NCBI GenBank assembly: GCA_031119205.1
Contig: JAVHYF010000010.1
Coordinates: 49,371 to 113,370 of the forward strand
From: Moraxellaceae bacterium
GTDB taxonomy: Bacteria > Pseudomonadota > Gammaproteobacteria > Burkholderiales > Rhodocyclaceae
Direction: 5' to 3'
DNA length: 64,000 nucleotides
Program-made: the position numbers and the translations under genes
In this document: positions 20,399 through 30,501 of the stretch, one piece after another
Numbering within the stretch: the first letter of the stretch is position 1
Layout: every line of letters begins with the position of its first letter
Notes under the pieces: generated by a model
Told to the model about the DNA's origin: nothing
Seen by the model: the letters and a program-made list of their open reading frames with translations, nothing else
Databases searched by the model: none

Positions 20399-20962
20399 AT
20401 GAAGAATCTACCCAACCTGCTGACCTGGGCGCGCATCGTCCTGATCCCCCTCGTGATGGGGGTGTTCTACCTGCCGGACAGCTGGCTCTCGCCCTTCATG
20501 CAGAACCTTACGGCCTGCGTGATCTTCACTGTGGCGGCGGTCACCGACTGGTTGGACGGCTATCTGGCGCGCCGCATGGAAGTCACCTCGGCCTTCGGCG
20601 CCTTCCTGGATCCCGTCGCCGACAAGCTGATGGTGGGCGCCGCGCTGGTGATGCTGGTCCAGCTGGACCGCTGCGACGCCATCATCGCCTTCATCATCAT
20701 CGGTCGCGAGATCACCATCTCCGCCTTGCGCGAATGGATGGCCAAGGTCGGCGCCAGCAAGAGCGTGGCGGTGTCCTACGTGGGCAAGCTGAAGACCGCG
20801 GCGCAGATGGTGGCGATTCCGATGCTGCTGTTCCACAACGACCTGCTGGGCCTGCGGATCGCCCTGATCGGGCAGATCCTGATCGTACTGGCGGCGGCCC
20901 TGACCATCTGGTCGATGGTGTATTACCTGCGCCGCGCCGCGCCCGAACTGGCCCGCCATTGA
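20399..20962 (+). CDS. pgsA: CDP-diacylglycerol--glycerol-3-phosphate 3-phosphatidyltransferase
   Basis: TDWLDGYLAR, GAFLDPVADKL, GREITISALRE. Confidence 0.96.
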   Translation: MKNLPNLLTWARIVLIPLVMGVFYLPDSWLSPFMQNLTACVIFTVAAVTDWLDGYLARRMEVTSAFGAFLDPVADKLMVGAALVMLVQLDRCDAIIAFIIIGREITISALREWMAKVGASKSVAVSYVGKLKTAAQMVAIPMLLFHNDLLGLRIALIGQILIVLAAALTIWSMVYYLRRAAPELARH

Positions 20963-20980
20963 CTCAGGTTTTCCGGGGTC

Positions 20981-21010
20981 TTGCGTAAAACCCGGAAGTG
21001 TGAGTAAAAT
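20981..21010 (+). promoter_or_regulatory. Sigma70-type promoter for rpsO
   Basis: TTGCGT (20981-20986), 18-nt spacer, TAAAAT (21005-21010). Confidence 0.55.
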
Positions 21011-21051
21011 CGCGTGCTTACGTGAGTTGAAACGACTAACTAGAGACACAG

Positions 21052-21321
21052 ATGGCTATCACCACCGCACAAAAGGCACAGATCGTTGCCGATTACCAGC
21101 AAGGCCAGGGTGACACCGGTTCGCCGGAAGTCCAGGTCGCGCTGCTGACCTCCCGCATCAATGGTCTGACCGACCACTTCAAGGCCAACACCAAGGACCA
21201 CCACTCCCGTCGTGGCCTGCTGAAGATGGTCAGCCAGCGTCGCAAGCTGCTGGACTACCTGAAGCGCAAGAGCTACGACCGTTACCGCGGTCTGATCGAG
21301 CGCCTGGGTCTGCGCAAGTAA
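21052..21321 (+). CDS. rpsO: 30S ribosomal protein S15
   Basis: [36 protein letters not shown]. Confidence 0.98.
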   Translation: MAITTAQKAQIVADYQQGQGDTGSPEVQVALLTSRINGLTDHFKANTKDHHSRRGLLKMVSQRRKLLDYLKRKSYDRYRGLIERLGLRK

Positions 21322-21394
21322 TTCGTGGTCATGGGCGCTTGTGTAGCGCAGGCCCTGCCAGCAGGCGGGGTCGCAGCAATCCGCCAGTGACCGC

Positions 21395-21437
21395 AAACAA
21401 AGCCGGTTCGCCTTCGTGGCCACCGGCTTTGTTTTTG
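21395..21437 (+). terminator. Intrinsic terminator after rpsO
   Basis: AAACAAAGCCGGT / ACCGGCTTTGTTT inverted repeat plus T-run. Confidence 0.75.
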
Positions 21438-21632
21438 TTGTTCTGCAGTTCGAGTAGTTACCCGTAATTGCCTTACCCGCATTTCGTTTTTTGCTTCTCC
21501 CCGGCGATCGGGATCCGGTTGGTGCCGGATCGGCCCTTGGGCCCCCAGCCGCGCCAGCGCGCTCGATAGATCACAGCGCGTGCATCACCGCCGTCCGTCG
21601 GTACGGGCGCGCGTCCGCTGAAAGGAATCCAC

Positions 21633-23747
21633 ATGCCTACCGCAATCAAGAAATCGTTCCAGTACGGTAACCAGACCGTTACCTTTGAAACCGGCGAAGT
21701 CGCTCGCCAGGCTGGCGGTGCTGTCATCGTCACCGTCGACGACACCGTCGTGCTGGCCACCGTCGTGGCTGCCAAGGATCCGAAGCCGGGCCAGGACTTC
21801 TTCCCGCTCACCGTCGACTACGTCGAGAAGTTCTATGCGGCTGGCCGCATCCCCGGTGGTTTCTTCAAGCGTGAAGGCCGTGCGACCGAAAAGGAAACGC
21901 TGACCTCCCGCCTGATCGACCGTCCGATCCGCCCGCTCTTCCCGGAAGGCTTCTTCAACGAAGTGCAGGTCGTGGCGACCGTCATGTCGCTGAACCCGGA
22001 AGTCGATGGTGACATTCCCGCCATGCTGGCCGTGTCGGCTGCCTTGGCTGTGTCCGGCGTGCCTTTCAACGGCCCGATCGGTGCTGCGCGCATCGGCTAC
22101 AAGGATGGTCAGTACCTGCTGAACCCGACCGTTTCCGAACTGGCCGACAGCCAGATGAACCTGGTCGTGGCCGGTACGCAAGCCGGCGTGCTGATGGTGG
22201 AATCCGAAGCCCAGCAACTGTCCGAGGAAGTCATGCTTGGCGCCGTGGTGTTTGGCCACCAGCAGATGCAGGCCGCCATCAACGCCATCCTGGAACTGGT
22301 GGAACAAGCCGGCAAGTCGGAGTGGGAGTGGACTGCGCCTGCCAAGAACGAAGCCCTGATCGCCCGTGTGCGTGATCTGGTGCAAGCCGATCTGCAGGCC
22401 GCTTTTGGCCTGACCGTGAAGCAGCAGCGTAGCCAGGCGCTGAAGGATGCGACCAAGAAGGCCGTGGCCGCTATTGCCACCGGCGAAGAAGGCGCGCCGA
22501 GCGACGCCGACGTCAAGGACATCCTGTTCGCGCTGGAAGCCGAGATCGTCCGCAGCCGCATCCTGGCAGGTGAAGCCCGTATCGATGGCCGCGACACCCG
22601 TACCGTGCGCCCGATCAGCATCCGCACCGGCGTGCTGCCGCGTGTTCACGGCTCCGCACTGTTCACCCGTGGCGAAACCCAGGCTCTGGTGGTCACCACG
22701 CTGGGTACTGGCCGCGACGAGCAGATCATCGACGCCATCGCCGGCGAGTACAAAGAGAACTTCATGCTCCACTACAACATGCCTCCGTACGCCACCGGCG
22801 AAACGGGCCGCATGGGCGCGCCGAAGCGTCGTGAAGTGGGCCACGGCCGTCTGGCCAAGCGCGCGCTGGCCGCGATGCTGCCGAAGGCTGCCGATTTCGG
22901 CTACACCATCCGTATCGTGTCGGAGATCACTGAATCCAACGGTTCCAGCTCGATGGCTTCCGTCTGCGGTGGCTCGCTGTCGATGATGGACGCCGGCGTG
23001 CCGCTGGGCGACCACGTCGCCGGCATTGCCATGGGCCTGATCAAGGACGGTGGCCGCTTCGCCGTGCTGACCGATATCCTGGGTGACGAAGACCACCTGG
23101 GCGACATGGACTTCAAGGTGGCCGGTACCGCCAACGGCATTACCGCGCTGCAGATGGACCTGAAGATCGACTCGATCAGCCCGGCTATCATGAACATCGC
23201 GCTGGATCAGGCCAAGGAAGGTCGCCTGCACATCCTGGGCTTCATGCGTGAAGCCATCAGCGGTGCGCGTACCGAGCTGTCCACCTTCGCGCCGCGCATG
23301 TTCACGATGAAGATCAACCCGGAGAAGATCCGCGACGTGATCGGCAAGGGCGGTGCGGTGATCCGTGCGCTGACCGAAGAGACCGGCTGCGTGATCGACA
23401 TCCAGGACGACGGCACCATCACCATCGCTTCGAACGACCAGAACAAGGCTGACGAAGCCAAGCGCCGCATCGAAGAGATCACCGTCGAAGTGGAAGTCGG
23501 CCGCATCTACGAAGGTACGGTCGTGCGTCTGGCCGAGTACGGCGCGTTCGTGAACATCCTGCCGGGCCGTGACGGCCTGCTGCACGTGTCGCAGATCGCC
23601 AAGGAGCGCGTGAACAACGTGGGCGACTACCTCAAGGAAGGTCAGGTCGTGCGCGTGAAGGTGCTGGAAGTGGACGAGAAGGGCAAGATGAAGCTGTCCA
23701 TGAAGGCCCTGCTGGAAGACACCCCGGCCGAGCCGGCTGCGCAGTAA
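21633..23747 (+). CDS. pnp: Polyribonucleotide nucleotidyltransferase
   Basis: [42 protein letters not shown] and S1 domains. Confidence 0.98.
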   Translation: MPTAIKKSFQYGNQTVTFETGEVARQAGGAVIVTVDDTVVLATVVAAKDPKPGQDFFPLTVDYVEKFYAAGRIPGGFFKREGRATEKETLTSRLIDRPIRPLFPEGFFNEVQVVATVMSLNPEVDGDIPAMLAVSAALAVSGVPFNGPIGAARIGYKDGQYLLNPTVSELADSQMNLVVAGTQAGVLMVESEAQQLSEEVMLGAVVFGHQQMQAAINAILELVEQAGKSEWEWTAPAKNEALIARVRDLVQADLQAAFGLTVKQQRSQALKDATKKAVAAIATGEEGAPSDADVKDILFALEAEIVRSRILAGEARIDGRDTRTVRPISIRTGVLPRVHGSALFTRGETQALVVTTLGTGRDEQIIDAIAGEYKENFMLHYNMPPYATGETGRMGAPKRREVGHGRLAKRALAAMLPKAADFGYTIRIVSEITESNGSSSMASVCGGSLSMMDAGVPLGDHVAGIAMGLIKDGGRFAVLTDILGDEDHLGDMDFKVAGTANGITALQMDLKIDSISPAIMNIALDQAKEGRLHILGFMREAISGARTELSTFAPRMFTMKINPEKIRDVIGKGGAVIRALTEETGCVIDIQDDGTITIASNDQNKADEAKRRIEEITVEVEVGRIYEGTVVRLAEYGAFVNILPGRDGLLHVSQIAKERVNNVGDYLKEGQVVRVKVLEVDEKGKMKLSMKALLEDTPAEPAAQ

Positions 23748-23767
23748 GCGCGGTTCGCTTCAAACAG

Positions 23768-23795
23768 AAAAGCCCACCGGAAGGTGGGCTTTTTG
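23768..23795. terminator. Bidirectional intrinsic terminator
   Basis: AAAAGCCCACC-GGAA-GGTGGGCTTTT between convergent genes. Confidence 0.85.
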
Positions 23796-23812
23796 TTGGC
23801 TTCTTGTCTCGC

Positions 23813-24280
23813 TCAGAACAACGCGCGGCCCATGATTGCGACGGCTACGGTGAGGGTGCCAAGCGCGAGATTGAGGGCCACCAGTTTGCGGATGCTGCCG
23901 AGCGCCGCGGCCGCGACGGGCCAGTCCTGCGCTGCAACGCCGCGCTTGAGGCGCGTGAACAACGCGAAGCGGATGTGGCCGTAGATCAGCATCATCACGA
24001 TGCCGACGCCTGCCATCAGGTGGATCGACATCGGAGGGCGGCCACCGCTGCCCATCATGAGGCTCATCAGCCAGATGCCGCTGATCAGCAATACCGGTAC
24101 CGCGATGCTGACCATCGCAAAGAAGCGCGCGAGGATGGCGCACATCAACGGCAGACGTTGCGGCGGTTCGAGGAGTTGCGTCACGGCAGGACGCACAGCG
24201 AAATGCATGATGGCCATGCCGCCAATCCAGATGATGGCGGCGGCGATGTGCAGGAAGACCAGCAGGCTGGGCAGGTACAT
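23813..24280 (-). CDS. CopD/DUF4149-like four-helix membrane protein
   Basis: FLHIAAAIIWIGGM, HLMAGVGIVM, IRKLVALNLALG; start placed at MYLPSLL. Confidence 0.7.
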   Translation of the reverse strand: MYLPSLLVFLHIAAAIIWIGGMAIMHFAVRPAVTQLLEPPQRLPLMCAILARFFAMVSIAVPVLLISGIWLMSLMMGSGGRPPMSIHLMAGVGIVMMLIYGHIRFALFTRLKRGVAAQDWPVAAAALGSIRKLVALNLALGTLTVAVAIMGRALF

Positions 24281-24396
24281 GGCGATGGTGTCGTTGTTGT
24301 TGGAGGCGCCATTGTGCACCTTGCGGTTATCGGCATGCATCGCTGCCGTCGGGGAGGAGACTGACTCTGCTATCGTGCGCAGCCTCTACAGGAACC

Positions 24397-24855
24397 ATGA
24401 CCATGCAGATCCAGAACGCCCCCGGTACTTCGATCTCGGCCTTCGCCGCCGAGTGGCAATGCCTGCAGAACAACTACGAGCAGTACGAGCGCCTGTGCCT
24501 GTGGGTGAAGCTCGCCGCGGTCGTGCTGGGTTTGGCGATGCTGTGGTGGGCGTCTTGGCTAGGCGTGTTCGTGGTGCTGGTGTTGTGGCTGCAGGAGGCC
24601 ATCCTGCGGACCTCGCAGGCGCGGCTGGGTGAGCGCATCCTGCGGGTCGAGGCAGCGCTGCGAGGGCAGGCTGCCGCGCCGGAAAGCAGCGTGGCCAGCG
24701 CATTCCAGTTGCATTCGGAATGGCTGGCCACGAGGTCTGGCACGCGCGGTCTGGCTCGCGAGTATCTAGGCCACGCAATGCGGCCGACCGTCGGATATCC
24801 CTATGTCGTTCTCGTCATCCTGACAGGGTTGATCACGCTCACCAGCTGGTCGTGA
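24397..24855 (+). CDS. Hypothetical membrane protein
   Basis: 152-aa ORF filling the gap, with hydrophobic segments; no recognised family. Confidence 0.6.
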   Translation: MTMQIQNAPGTSISAFAAEWQCLQNNYEQYERLCLWVKLAAVVLGLAMLWWASWLGVFVVLVLWLQEAILRTSQARLGERILRVEAALRGQAAAPESSVASAFQLHSEWLATRSGTRGLAREYLGHAMRPTVGYPYVVLVILTGLITLTSWS

Positions 24856-24863
24856 GGCGGCTC

Positions 24864-25514
24864 TCAGCCCGGCGCACGTTCGGCCACGAAGATCTCCACA
24901 CGGCGATTCTTCGCACGGCCCGATTCGCTGCCATTGTCAGCGACCGGTTCACGCGAACCGCGGCCGTCGATGGCGACGCGCCCACCCGAGACACCGCGAT
25001 CACCCAGGTAGTCACGAACGCTGGCGGCGCGGTTCACAGAAAGCGGATTGTTGATCGCGTCCGATCCCGTGCTGTCGGTGTGGCCGATGATGCGCACGTT
25101 GGTGGCCGGATTGTTCTTCAGGCTGTCGGCAAACTTGTCCAGCACCGGACGGAAGTTGCTCTTGATGTCGGCGCGGCCGACATCGAAGGACACGTCGCTC
25201 GGGATATCCAGCTTCAGTTGGTTGTCGGCGGTCTGCGTCACATTCACACCGGTGCCGGCGGTGGCCTGTTCCATGGCGCGTTTCTGTTGCTCCATGCGGT
25301 TGGACCAGATGTAGCCACCCAGTGCGCCGACGGCGGCACCGATGGCCGCGTCACGGCCGACCTTGTCGCTGCCGGTCAGGCCGCCGATGGCGGCACCGGA
25401 TGCGGCACCGACACCTGCGCCGATGGCTGTGCCGCGTTGTGTCTCGCTCATGTTGGCGCAGCCGGAGATGACGAGCAGGCCGGACAGGCCGATACAAAAG
25501 GCTTGTTTGATCAT
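24864..25514 (-). CDS. OmpA-family lipoprotein with glycine zipper (YiaD-like)
   Basis: Lipobox ISGC, GAGVGAASGAAIG zipper, GHTDSTGS, LSVNRA, NRRVEI. Confidence 0.9.
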   Translation of the reverse strand: MIKQAFCIGLSGLLVISGCANMSETQRGTAIGAGVGAASGAAIGGLTGSDKVGRDAAIGAAVGALGGYIWSNRMEQQKRAMEQATAGTGVNVTQTADNQLKLDIPSDVSFDVGRADIKSNFRPVLDKFADSLKNNPATNVRIIGHTDSTGSDAINNPLSVNRAASVRDYLGDRGVSGGRVAIDGRGSREPVADNGSESGRAKNRRVEIFVAERAPG

Positions 25515-25603
25515 GTTTGAACTCCGTTTCTTATTGATCGGTGATCAGGGGGAATCGAACCGCAGCGGCCTCTTGCGATGTCGCTGCGGTCTGCGACTAA
25601 CGC

Positions 25604-26044
25604 TCATTCCGCAGGAAAGTTGAGCATCAGCGACGGAGGGTTGGAGGACTGGACGGGCGGAACGTTCAAGGTTCCGGTGCGACGCTCCCCTTCGTAGTCC
25701 GCGTCCACCTGGTAACGGCCTGCGGGCAGTTTCAGCAGGCAGATCGGGCCAGTGCTTTGCCAACTGGCTGGCTGTGGCAGCGTTCCGCCGGACACGGTGA
25801 GCTGAACGTCACTGAGGTAGCCACCTTCCTTGCCTGCCGTCAGCATGATCTTGGCATTTGCCGCACCGGCTGATGCCATCGCGTCACGGCTCTCCAGCCC
25901 GACGCCCGAGCAGAAGTGCTGTACGCCCTGGGTGCTGGCCCAGTCTGCGTGTGCCAGGGACGACGCGGAGCAGATGACGGCCAGCAGGCCACCCTTGATC
26001 AGGGCGCTGCAATCTCGCCTGGCCGGAGTCGGGTTGTTGCGCAT
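25604..26044 (-). CDS. Exported hypothetical protein (carboxypeptidase-regulatory-like beta-sandwich)
   Basis: Signal peptide ending SLAHA; CSGVGLESRDAM, GPICLLKLPAGRYQV; start placed at MRNNPT. Confidence 0.6.
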   Translation of the reverse strand: MRNNPTPARRDCSALIKGGLLAVICSASSLAHADWASTQGVQHFCSGVGLESRDAMASAGAANAKIMLTAGKEGGYLSDVQLTVSGGTLPQPASWQSTGPICLLKLPAGRYQVDADYEGERRTGTLNVPPVQSSNPPSLMLNFPAE

Positions 26045-26194
26045 GACAATCCTCCTTGCTTGCGCGACCGGTATCCGCGAGGTGGGCCCGGTTCGCTTAC
26101 AGGAGAATTGTTTGCGGTGCGGCGCTTGCAAGGCGCCGGATGACACTGAGTTTCTCGTCAGACGAATCTGTCAGTGCCGGCCGTAGCCGAGGAT

Positions 26195-26782
26195 TCAGCC
26201 TGCAGGAGGCGGCGCGGGAGGTGTGGCAGGCGGGGTAGTGGCAGCGTCGGTGATGCGCCGGCGCGGCACCAGGTTGCCGTCCAGCAGGCGCTCGATGCGC
26301 GCGAAGACCTCCAGGCGGGAGAAGGGCTTCTTCATGAAATCGTCGGCGCCGATGCGGGTGCCGAAGAACTGCTCTGTCGCCTGTTCGTTGCCGCTCATCA
26401 TCACGATGGGAATGTTGCGGGTGGCCGGGTCCCGACGCATCAGGCGCAGCGCCGCAAAACCGTTCATGCCGGGCAGCACGATGTCGAGGAAGATCAGGTC
26501 GGGTTGCTGGCTACGCGCTATCTCGATGCCCTGTTCGGCATCCGGCGCGTCCAGCGTGACGTAACCGACAGAGCGGAGGATCTTCGCCAGTGCGGCAATG
26601 ATGGTCGGCGAGTCGTCGATGATGAGGGCACGGGTGCCCTCGCGCGCATTCACGCGCTCGCGGGTGCGCCGCTCCATCTGCGTGGCAGGGCCTGCCGGCG
26701 ACTCCGCCGGGCTGGTGGCCGGCGTTGGTGCGAGCTCGTTGCTCTGACCCAGCAGATTCTTGAGTTTGTCGAAGATACTCAT
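26195..26782 (-). CDS. Single-domain response regulator (PilH-like) with N-terminal extension
   Basis: LIIDDS, FLDIVLPGMNG phospho-Asp, FMKKPF; start placed at MSIFDKL. Confidence 0.85.
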   Translation of the reverse strand: MSIFDKLKNLLGQSNELAPTPATSPAESPAGPATQMERRTRERVNAREGTRALIIDDSPTIIAALAKILRSVGYVTLDAPDAEQGIEIARSQQPDLIFLDIVLPGMNGFAALRLMRRDPATRNIPIVMMSGNEQATEQFFGTRIGADDFMKKPFSRLEVFARIERLLDGNLVPRRRITDAATTPPATPPAPPPAG

Positions 26783-26876
26783 CTGCGCCAGCCTCCCTGG
26801 CTTTCCTGCAATGCGTCGTGTGTGGCAGAAACGTGGCAATTGCGGCGAGTGTGCCTTGCCATCTCGTAGGTGACGC

Positions 26877-28658
26877 TTATTTTGCCCAACTGTCCTTCAG
26901 TGTGGTCGTGCGGTTGAACACGATGCGGCCAGCCCCATGATCCTTGAGGTCGGCCACGAAATAGCCGTGGCGTTCGAACTGGAAGCTGGTGCCGGCGGTA
27001 GCAGCGGCGAGTCCGGGCTCCACGTAGGCGGTGACGACCTGCTTGGATTGCGGGTTCAGCGCTTCGAGGAAGTCGCGCCCGCCGGCATCCGGGTGGGCTT
27101 CGCTGAACAGGCGGTCGTACAGGCGGACCTCGGCGGACGCGCCCTCGCTGGCACTTACCCAGGTAATGACGCCCTTGACCTTCACGCTGTCGGCGCCGGG
27201 CGTGCCGCTCTTGGTGTCGGGCACGATCTCGGCCAGCACGGTGGTGATGTTGCCCGCCGCATCCTTCTCGCAGCCATTGCACTTGATCACGTAGCCGTAC
27301 TTCAGGCGACTCATGTTGCCGGGGTAGAGCCGGTGATAGCCCTTCGGCGGCACTTCCATGAAGTCCTCGCGCTCGATCCAGATTTCGGGCGTGAGGTTGA
27401 ATTGGCGACGGCCCATCTCCTCGTGGTGCGGATGCACCGGTGCGCTGCAGGGTTCGACGTGGCCGGTACCGAAGACCTCGTCCCAGTTGCTGAGCTTCAG
27501 CTTCACCGGATCCAGCACGACCATGGCGCGGGCGGCCTTGCTGTCGAGGTCGTCACGTAGTGCGATTTCGAGGCTGCTGTAGTCGATGAGGCTGCTGGAT
27601 TTCGTCGTGCCGGTGCGCTCGCAGAACAGTTGCAGCGCTTCCGGCGTGTAGCCGCGGCGGCGCAGGCCGACAATGGTCGGCATGCGCGGATCGTCCCAGC
27701 CATCCACGTGTTTGTCGTCCACCAGTTGCTTGAGCTTGCGCTTGCTGGTGATGACGTAGGTGACGTTGAGGCGTGCGAACTCGTACTGGTGCGGCAGGGG
27801 TTTCGCCAGCAGACCGCCTTCGGCGAGGCGCTCCAGCAACCAGTCGTAGAACGGGCGCTGGTCTTCGAATTCCAGCGTGCAGATGGAGTGGGTGATCTGC
27901 TCCAGCGCGTCCTCGATCGGGTGCGCGAAGGTGTACATCGGGTACACGCACCACTTGTCGCCGGTGCGATGGTGCTCGGCATGGCGGATACGGTAGATGG
28001 CGGGGTCGCGCAGGTTGATGTTGGGCGACGCCATGTCGATCTTCGCGCGCAGGATCAGGCTGCCGTCCGGGTGGCGGCCAGAGCGCATCTCGGCGAACAG
28101 GCGCAGGCTGTCTTCGGTCGGGCGATTGCGCCAGGGCGAGTTGGTGCCCGCTTCGGTCAGGGTGCCGCGGTTGGCACGCATTTCTTCTGCGCTCTGCTGG
28201 TCCACGTAGGCGTGACCTTTTTCGATCAGGTACTGCGCAGCGCGGTACATGAAGTCGAAGTAGTCGCTGGCGAAATACAGGTGAGCGCTGTCGTTGGCCT
28301 CCCAGCCGAATCCCAGCCACTTCACCGCGTCGAGGATGGAGTCGACGTACTCCTGCTCTTCCTTCTCCGGGTTGGTGTCGTCGAAACGCATGTGGCACAC
28401 GCCACCGAAGTCGCGTGCCAGGCCGAAGTTCAGGCAGATGCTCTTGGCGTGGCCGATGTGCAGGTAACCGTTGGGTTCCGGCGGGAAGCGGGTGCGGATC
28501 TTCGCCGGGTCTGCCTGGCCGGTGGCCTGGTGCGTGGCATCACCGGGTGAGCCCGCCCAGCGGCGGCTGGCATAGGTGCCGGCTTCGAGGTCACGCTCGA
28601 TGATGTTCGTCAGGAAGTTGCCAGCCTGCGCTGGCGCGGTGTCCTTGGGGGTGCTCAC
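26877..28658 (-). CDS. glnS: Glutamine--tRNA ligase
   Basis: TRFPPEPNGYLHIGHAKS, RFDDTNPEKE, ITSKRKL, FQFERHGYF. Confidence 0.96.
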   Translation of the reverse strand: MSTPKDTAPAQAGNFLTNIIERDLEAGTYASRRWAGSPGDATHQATGQADPAKIRTRFPPEPNGYLHIGHAKSICLNFGLARDFGGVCHMRFDDTNPEKEEQEYVDSILDAVKWLGFGWEANDSAHLYFASDYFDFMYRAAQYLIEKGHAYVDQQSAEEMRANRGTLTEAGTNSPWRNRPTEDSLRLFAEMRSGRHPDGSLILRAKIDMASPNINLRDPAIYRIRHAEHHRTGDKWCVYPMYTFAHPIEDALEQITHSICTLEFEDQRPFYDWLLERLAEGGLLAKPLPHQYEFARLNVTYVITSKRKLKQLVDDKHVDGWDDPRMPTIVGLRRRGYTPEALQLFCERTGTTKSSSLIDYSSLEIALRDDLDSKAARAMVVLDPVKLKLSNWDEVFGTGHVEPCSAPVHPHHEEMGRRQFNLTPEIWIEREDFMEVPPKGYHRLYPGNMSRLKYGYVIKCNGCEKDAAGNITTVLAEIVPDTKSGTPGADSVKVKGVITWVSASEGASAEVRLYDRLFSEAHPDAGGRDFLEALNPQSKQVVTAYVEPGLAAATAGTSFQFERHGYFVADLKDHGAGRIVFNRTTTLKDSWAK

Positions 28659-28775
28659 GGTGGTTCCGGTCCGGTACGGGAGGGCGCCGGGGCGCCCGGA
28701 ATGCGGGGTGAAAGCGGGAATTCTAGCGGGAATGCGCCTGCCCGACGCGGGGCAGGCGTTGCCACCCGGCGGGGC

Positions 28776-29606
28776 TTACAGGGCCACCAGGGTCTGTCGG
28801 CCCCACCAGCTCTGCTCGGGCGTCAGGGTGATGGCCTGGCCGATGGCGCCGGCTTCCACGCACAGATAGCGGCGGAAGCCGTCGGGCGGCAGATCGGCGA
28901 TGCTGGGCGTGCGCGTCTCCCACGGGTTCCACACCACGGCGTCGGCGAAGTTCTCGGCGTTGATGCCCAGTGCGCGTCGCGGCTCGCGCAACAGCAAGGG
29001 ACGCTGCAGGTCGAAGTAGATGCGGTCCAGCTCGCGGTCGACGATCAGCTCGGTGCCGGTTTCCGTGCAGTCTTCCTGCTTCAGCACGTTGTCGAAGTAG
29101 CGCAGGCCACGCAGGCCTTCGAGGCTTGCTTCCTCCACCTCTCGGACAGCGAGATAGGTATGCAGGGCCGCGGTGAAACTGAACGCGCTGTCGTCGGTGT
29201 TCAGTACCTCCAGCTCCATGTCCAGGCGCTGGCCGGTGATGCTGACGGTCAGCTCGCACTGGAAGGCATGTGGCCAGGACTCGCGCGTCGTTTCGCTATC
29301 GACCAGGCGCAGCACGGCCATGGCGTAGTCCTCGCCCTTGCGCTCGGTGATGCATTCCCAGTCCAGGTTGCGGGCGAAGCCGTGCTGGGGCAGGGGGCCG
29401 CGGCGGGAAAACTGCGGGAAGCAGATCGGCACACCACCCCGCACCGGTTCGCCAGGCGCAAAGTTGGCGCGGTCAGACAGGTACAGGCGTTCCTGGCCGC
29501 CTGCCGGCTTCCATGACAGTACCTGCGCGCCCTGCAGCAGGACGGTTGCTTCGGCGCCGTCCGGCGCGACGATGCGTACGGCAGGCAATCCCTTGAAATC
29601 GATCAT
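28776..29606 (-). CDS. yeaD: D-hexose-6-phosphate mutarotase (aldose 1-epimerase family)
   Basis: RGGVPICFPQF, HGFAR, ALHTYL, VVWNPW, LCVEAG. Confidence 0.9.
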   Translation of the reverse strand: MIDFKGLPAVRIVAPDGAEATVLLQGAQVLSWKPAGGQERLYLSDRANFAPGEPVRGGVPICFPQFSRRGPLPQHGFARNLDWECITERKGEDYAMAVLRLVDSETTRESWPHAFQCELTVSITGQRLDMELEVLNTDDSAFSFTAALHTYLAVREVEEASLEGLRGLRYFDNVLKQEDCTETGTELIVDRELDRIYFDLQRPLLLREPRRALGINAENFADAVVWNPWETRTPSIADLPPDGFRRYLCVEAGAIGQAITLTPEQSWWGRQTLVAL

Positions 29607-30178
29607 GGTCTGAGTTCCCGATGGCGGAAGCAGGTCGTGAGGTGATCATTCACCATGCCGACGGCCTGCATGTGTGCGTAGATGATGGTGCTGCCGACGA
29701 AGCGGAAGCCAGCGCGCTTCAGCTCATTCGAAAGCAGGTCGGAAACCGGCGTGCTGGCCGGTACCTGGCTGGTGCTTTTCCAGCGGTTCTGGATGGGCTT
29801 GCCGTCCACGAAGCCCCACATCCAGTCGGCGAAACTGCCGTGGCGTGCCTGAAGTTCGAGGAAGGCGCGGGCGTTGCCGATGGTGGCGGTGATCTTGGCG
29901 CGGTTGCGCACGATGCCGGCGTCCTGCATCAGTTTTTCGATGTGGCGGTCGCTCCACTTCGCGATCTCGTTGGCATCGAATCCGGCAAAGGCACGCCGGT
30001 AGTTCTCGCGCTTGCGCAGGATGGTGATCCACGACAGCCCGGCCTGCGCACCCTCCAGCGTGAGGAACTCGAAAAGCTTGCCGTCGTCGTGAACCGGCAC
30101 AGCCCATTCCTCGTCGTGGTAGGCGACGTAGAGTGGATCTTCGCCGGGCCAGGTGCAGCGTCTGGGAGAGGTACTCAC
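29603..30178 (-). CDS. tag: DNA-3-methyladenine glycosylase I
   Basis: RCTW, YHDEEW, LEGAQAGLSWITIL, GIVRNRAKI, VGMVNDHLTTC; GTG 30178 or TTG 30187 start. Confidence 0.93.
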   Translation of the reverse strand: MSTSPRRCTWPGEDPLYVAYHDEEWAVPVHDDGKLFEFLTLEGAQAGLSWITILRKRENYRRAFAGFDANEIAKWSDRHIEKLMQDAGIVRNRAKITATIGNARAFLELQARHGSFADWMWGFVDGKPIQNRWKSTSQVPASTPVSDLLSNELKRAGFRFVGSTIIYAHMQAVGMVNDHLTTCFRHRELRP

Positions 30179-30183
30179 CGTGC

Positions 30184-30501
30184 TCAATCGTTCAGTTCTT
30201 CGACGACAGGGGTGAGCACTCTCAGCTGCGGCAGGCCTGCCATCCTGCCGATGAGTTGCATGACGCCGCTGCGCACGTGCGGCGAGGCCAGGTGGCGATC
30301 CAGTGCGGCCTGGTCTTGCCACAGCTCGATGGTGTTCATGCGAGTGGGGTGGTCGCGGTCGGCATAGACGTCGTAGCGCAGGCAGCCTTCTTCCATGCGG
30401 CTGAGGTTGGCAACTTCGGCCATCACGGCATGTACCTCCTCGATATGGGCAGGCAGGGCTTCGGCAATGATGATGACGTGTATGGCGCGTGGTGGATTCA
30501 T
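30184..30501 (-). CDS. Antibiotic-biosynthesis-monooxygenase (ABM) family protein
   Basis: SRMEEGCLRYDV, ELWQDQAALDRHLASPH. Confidence 0.8.
   Translation of the reverse strand: MNPPRAIHVIIIAEALPAHIEEVHAVMAEVANLSRMEEGCLRYDVYADRDHPTRMNTIELWQDQAALDRHLASPHVRSGVMQLIGRMAGLPQLRVLTPVVEELND

Noticed and set aside
21325-21394. tRNA after rpsO
   Set aside because: No TTC T-loop, canonical D-arm or CCA end.
21585-23585. Long antisense ORFs over pnp, and similarly over fabF, nadB, lepA, uvrC and hrpA
   Set aside because: Shadow frames of strongly codon-biased genes; no motifs or ribosome-binding sites.
28500-28620. Insertion before the HIGH motif of GlnRS
   Set aside because: I recall similar N-terminal inserts in other betaproteobacterial GlnRS proteins; nothing suggests novelty.
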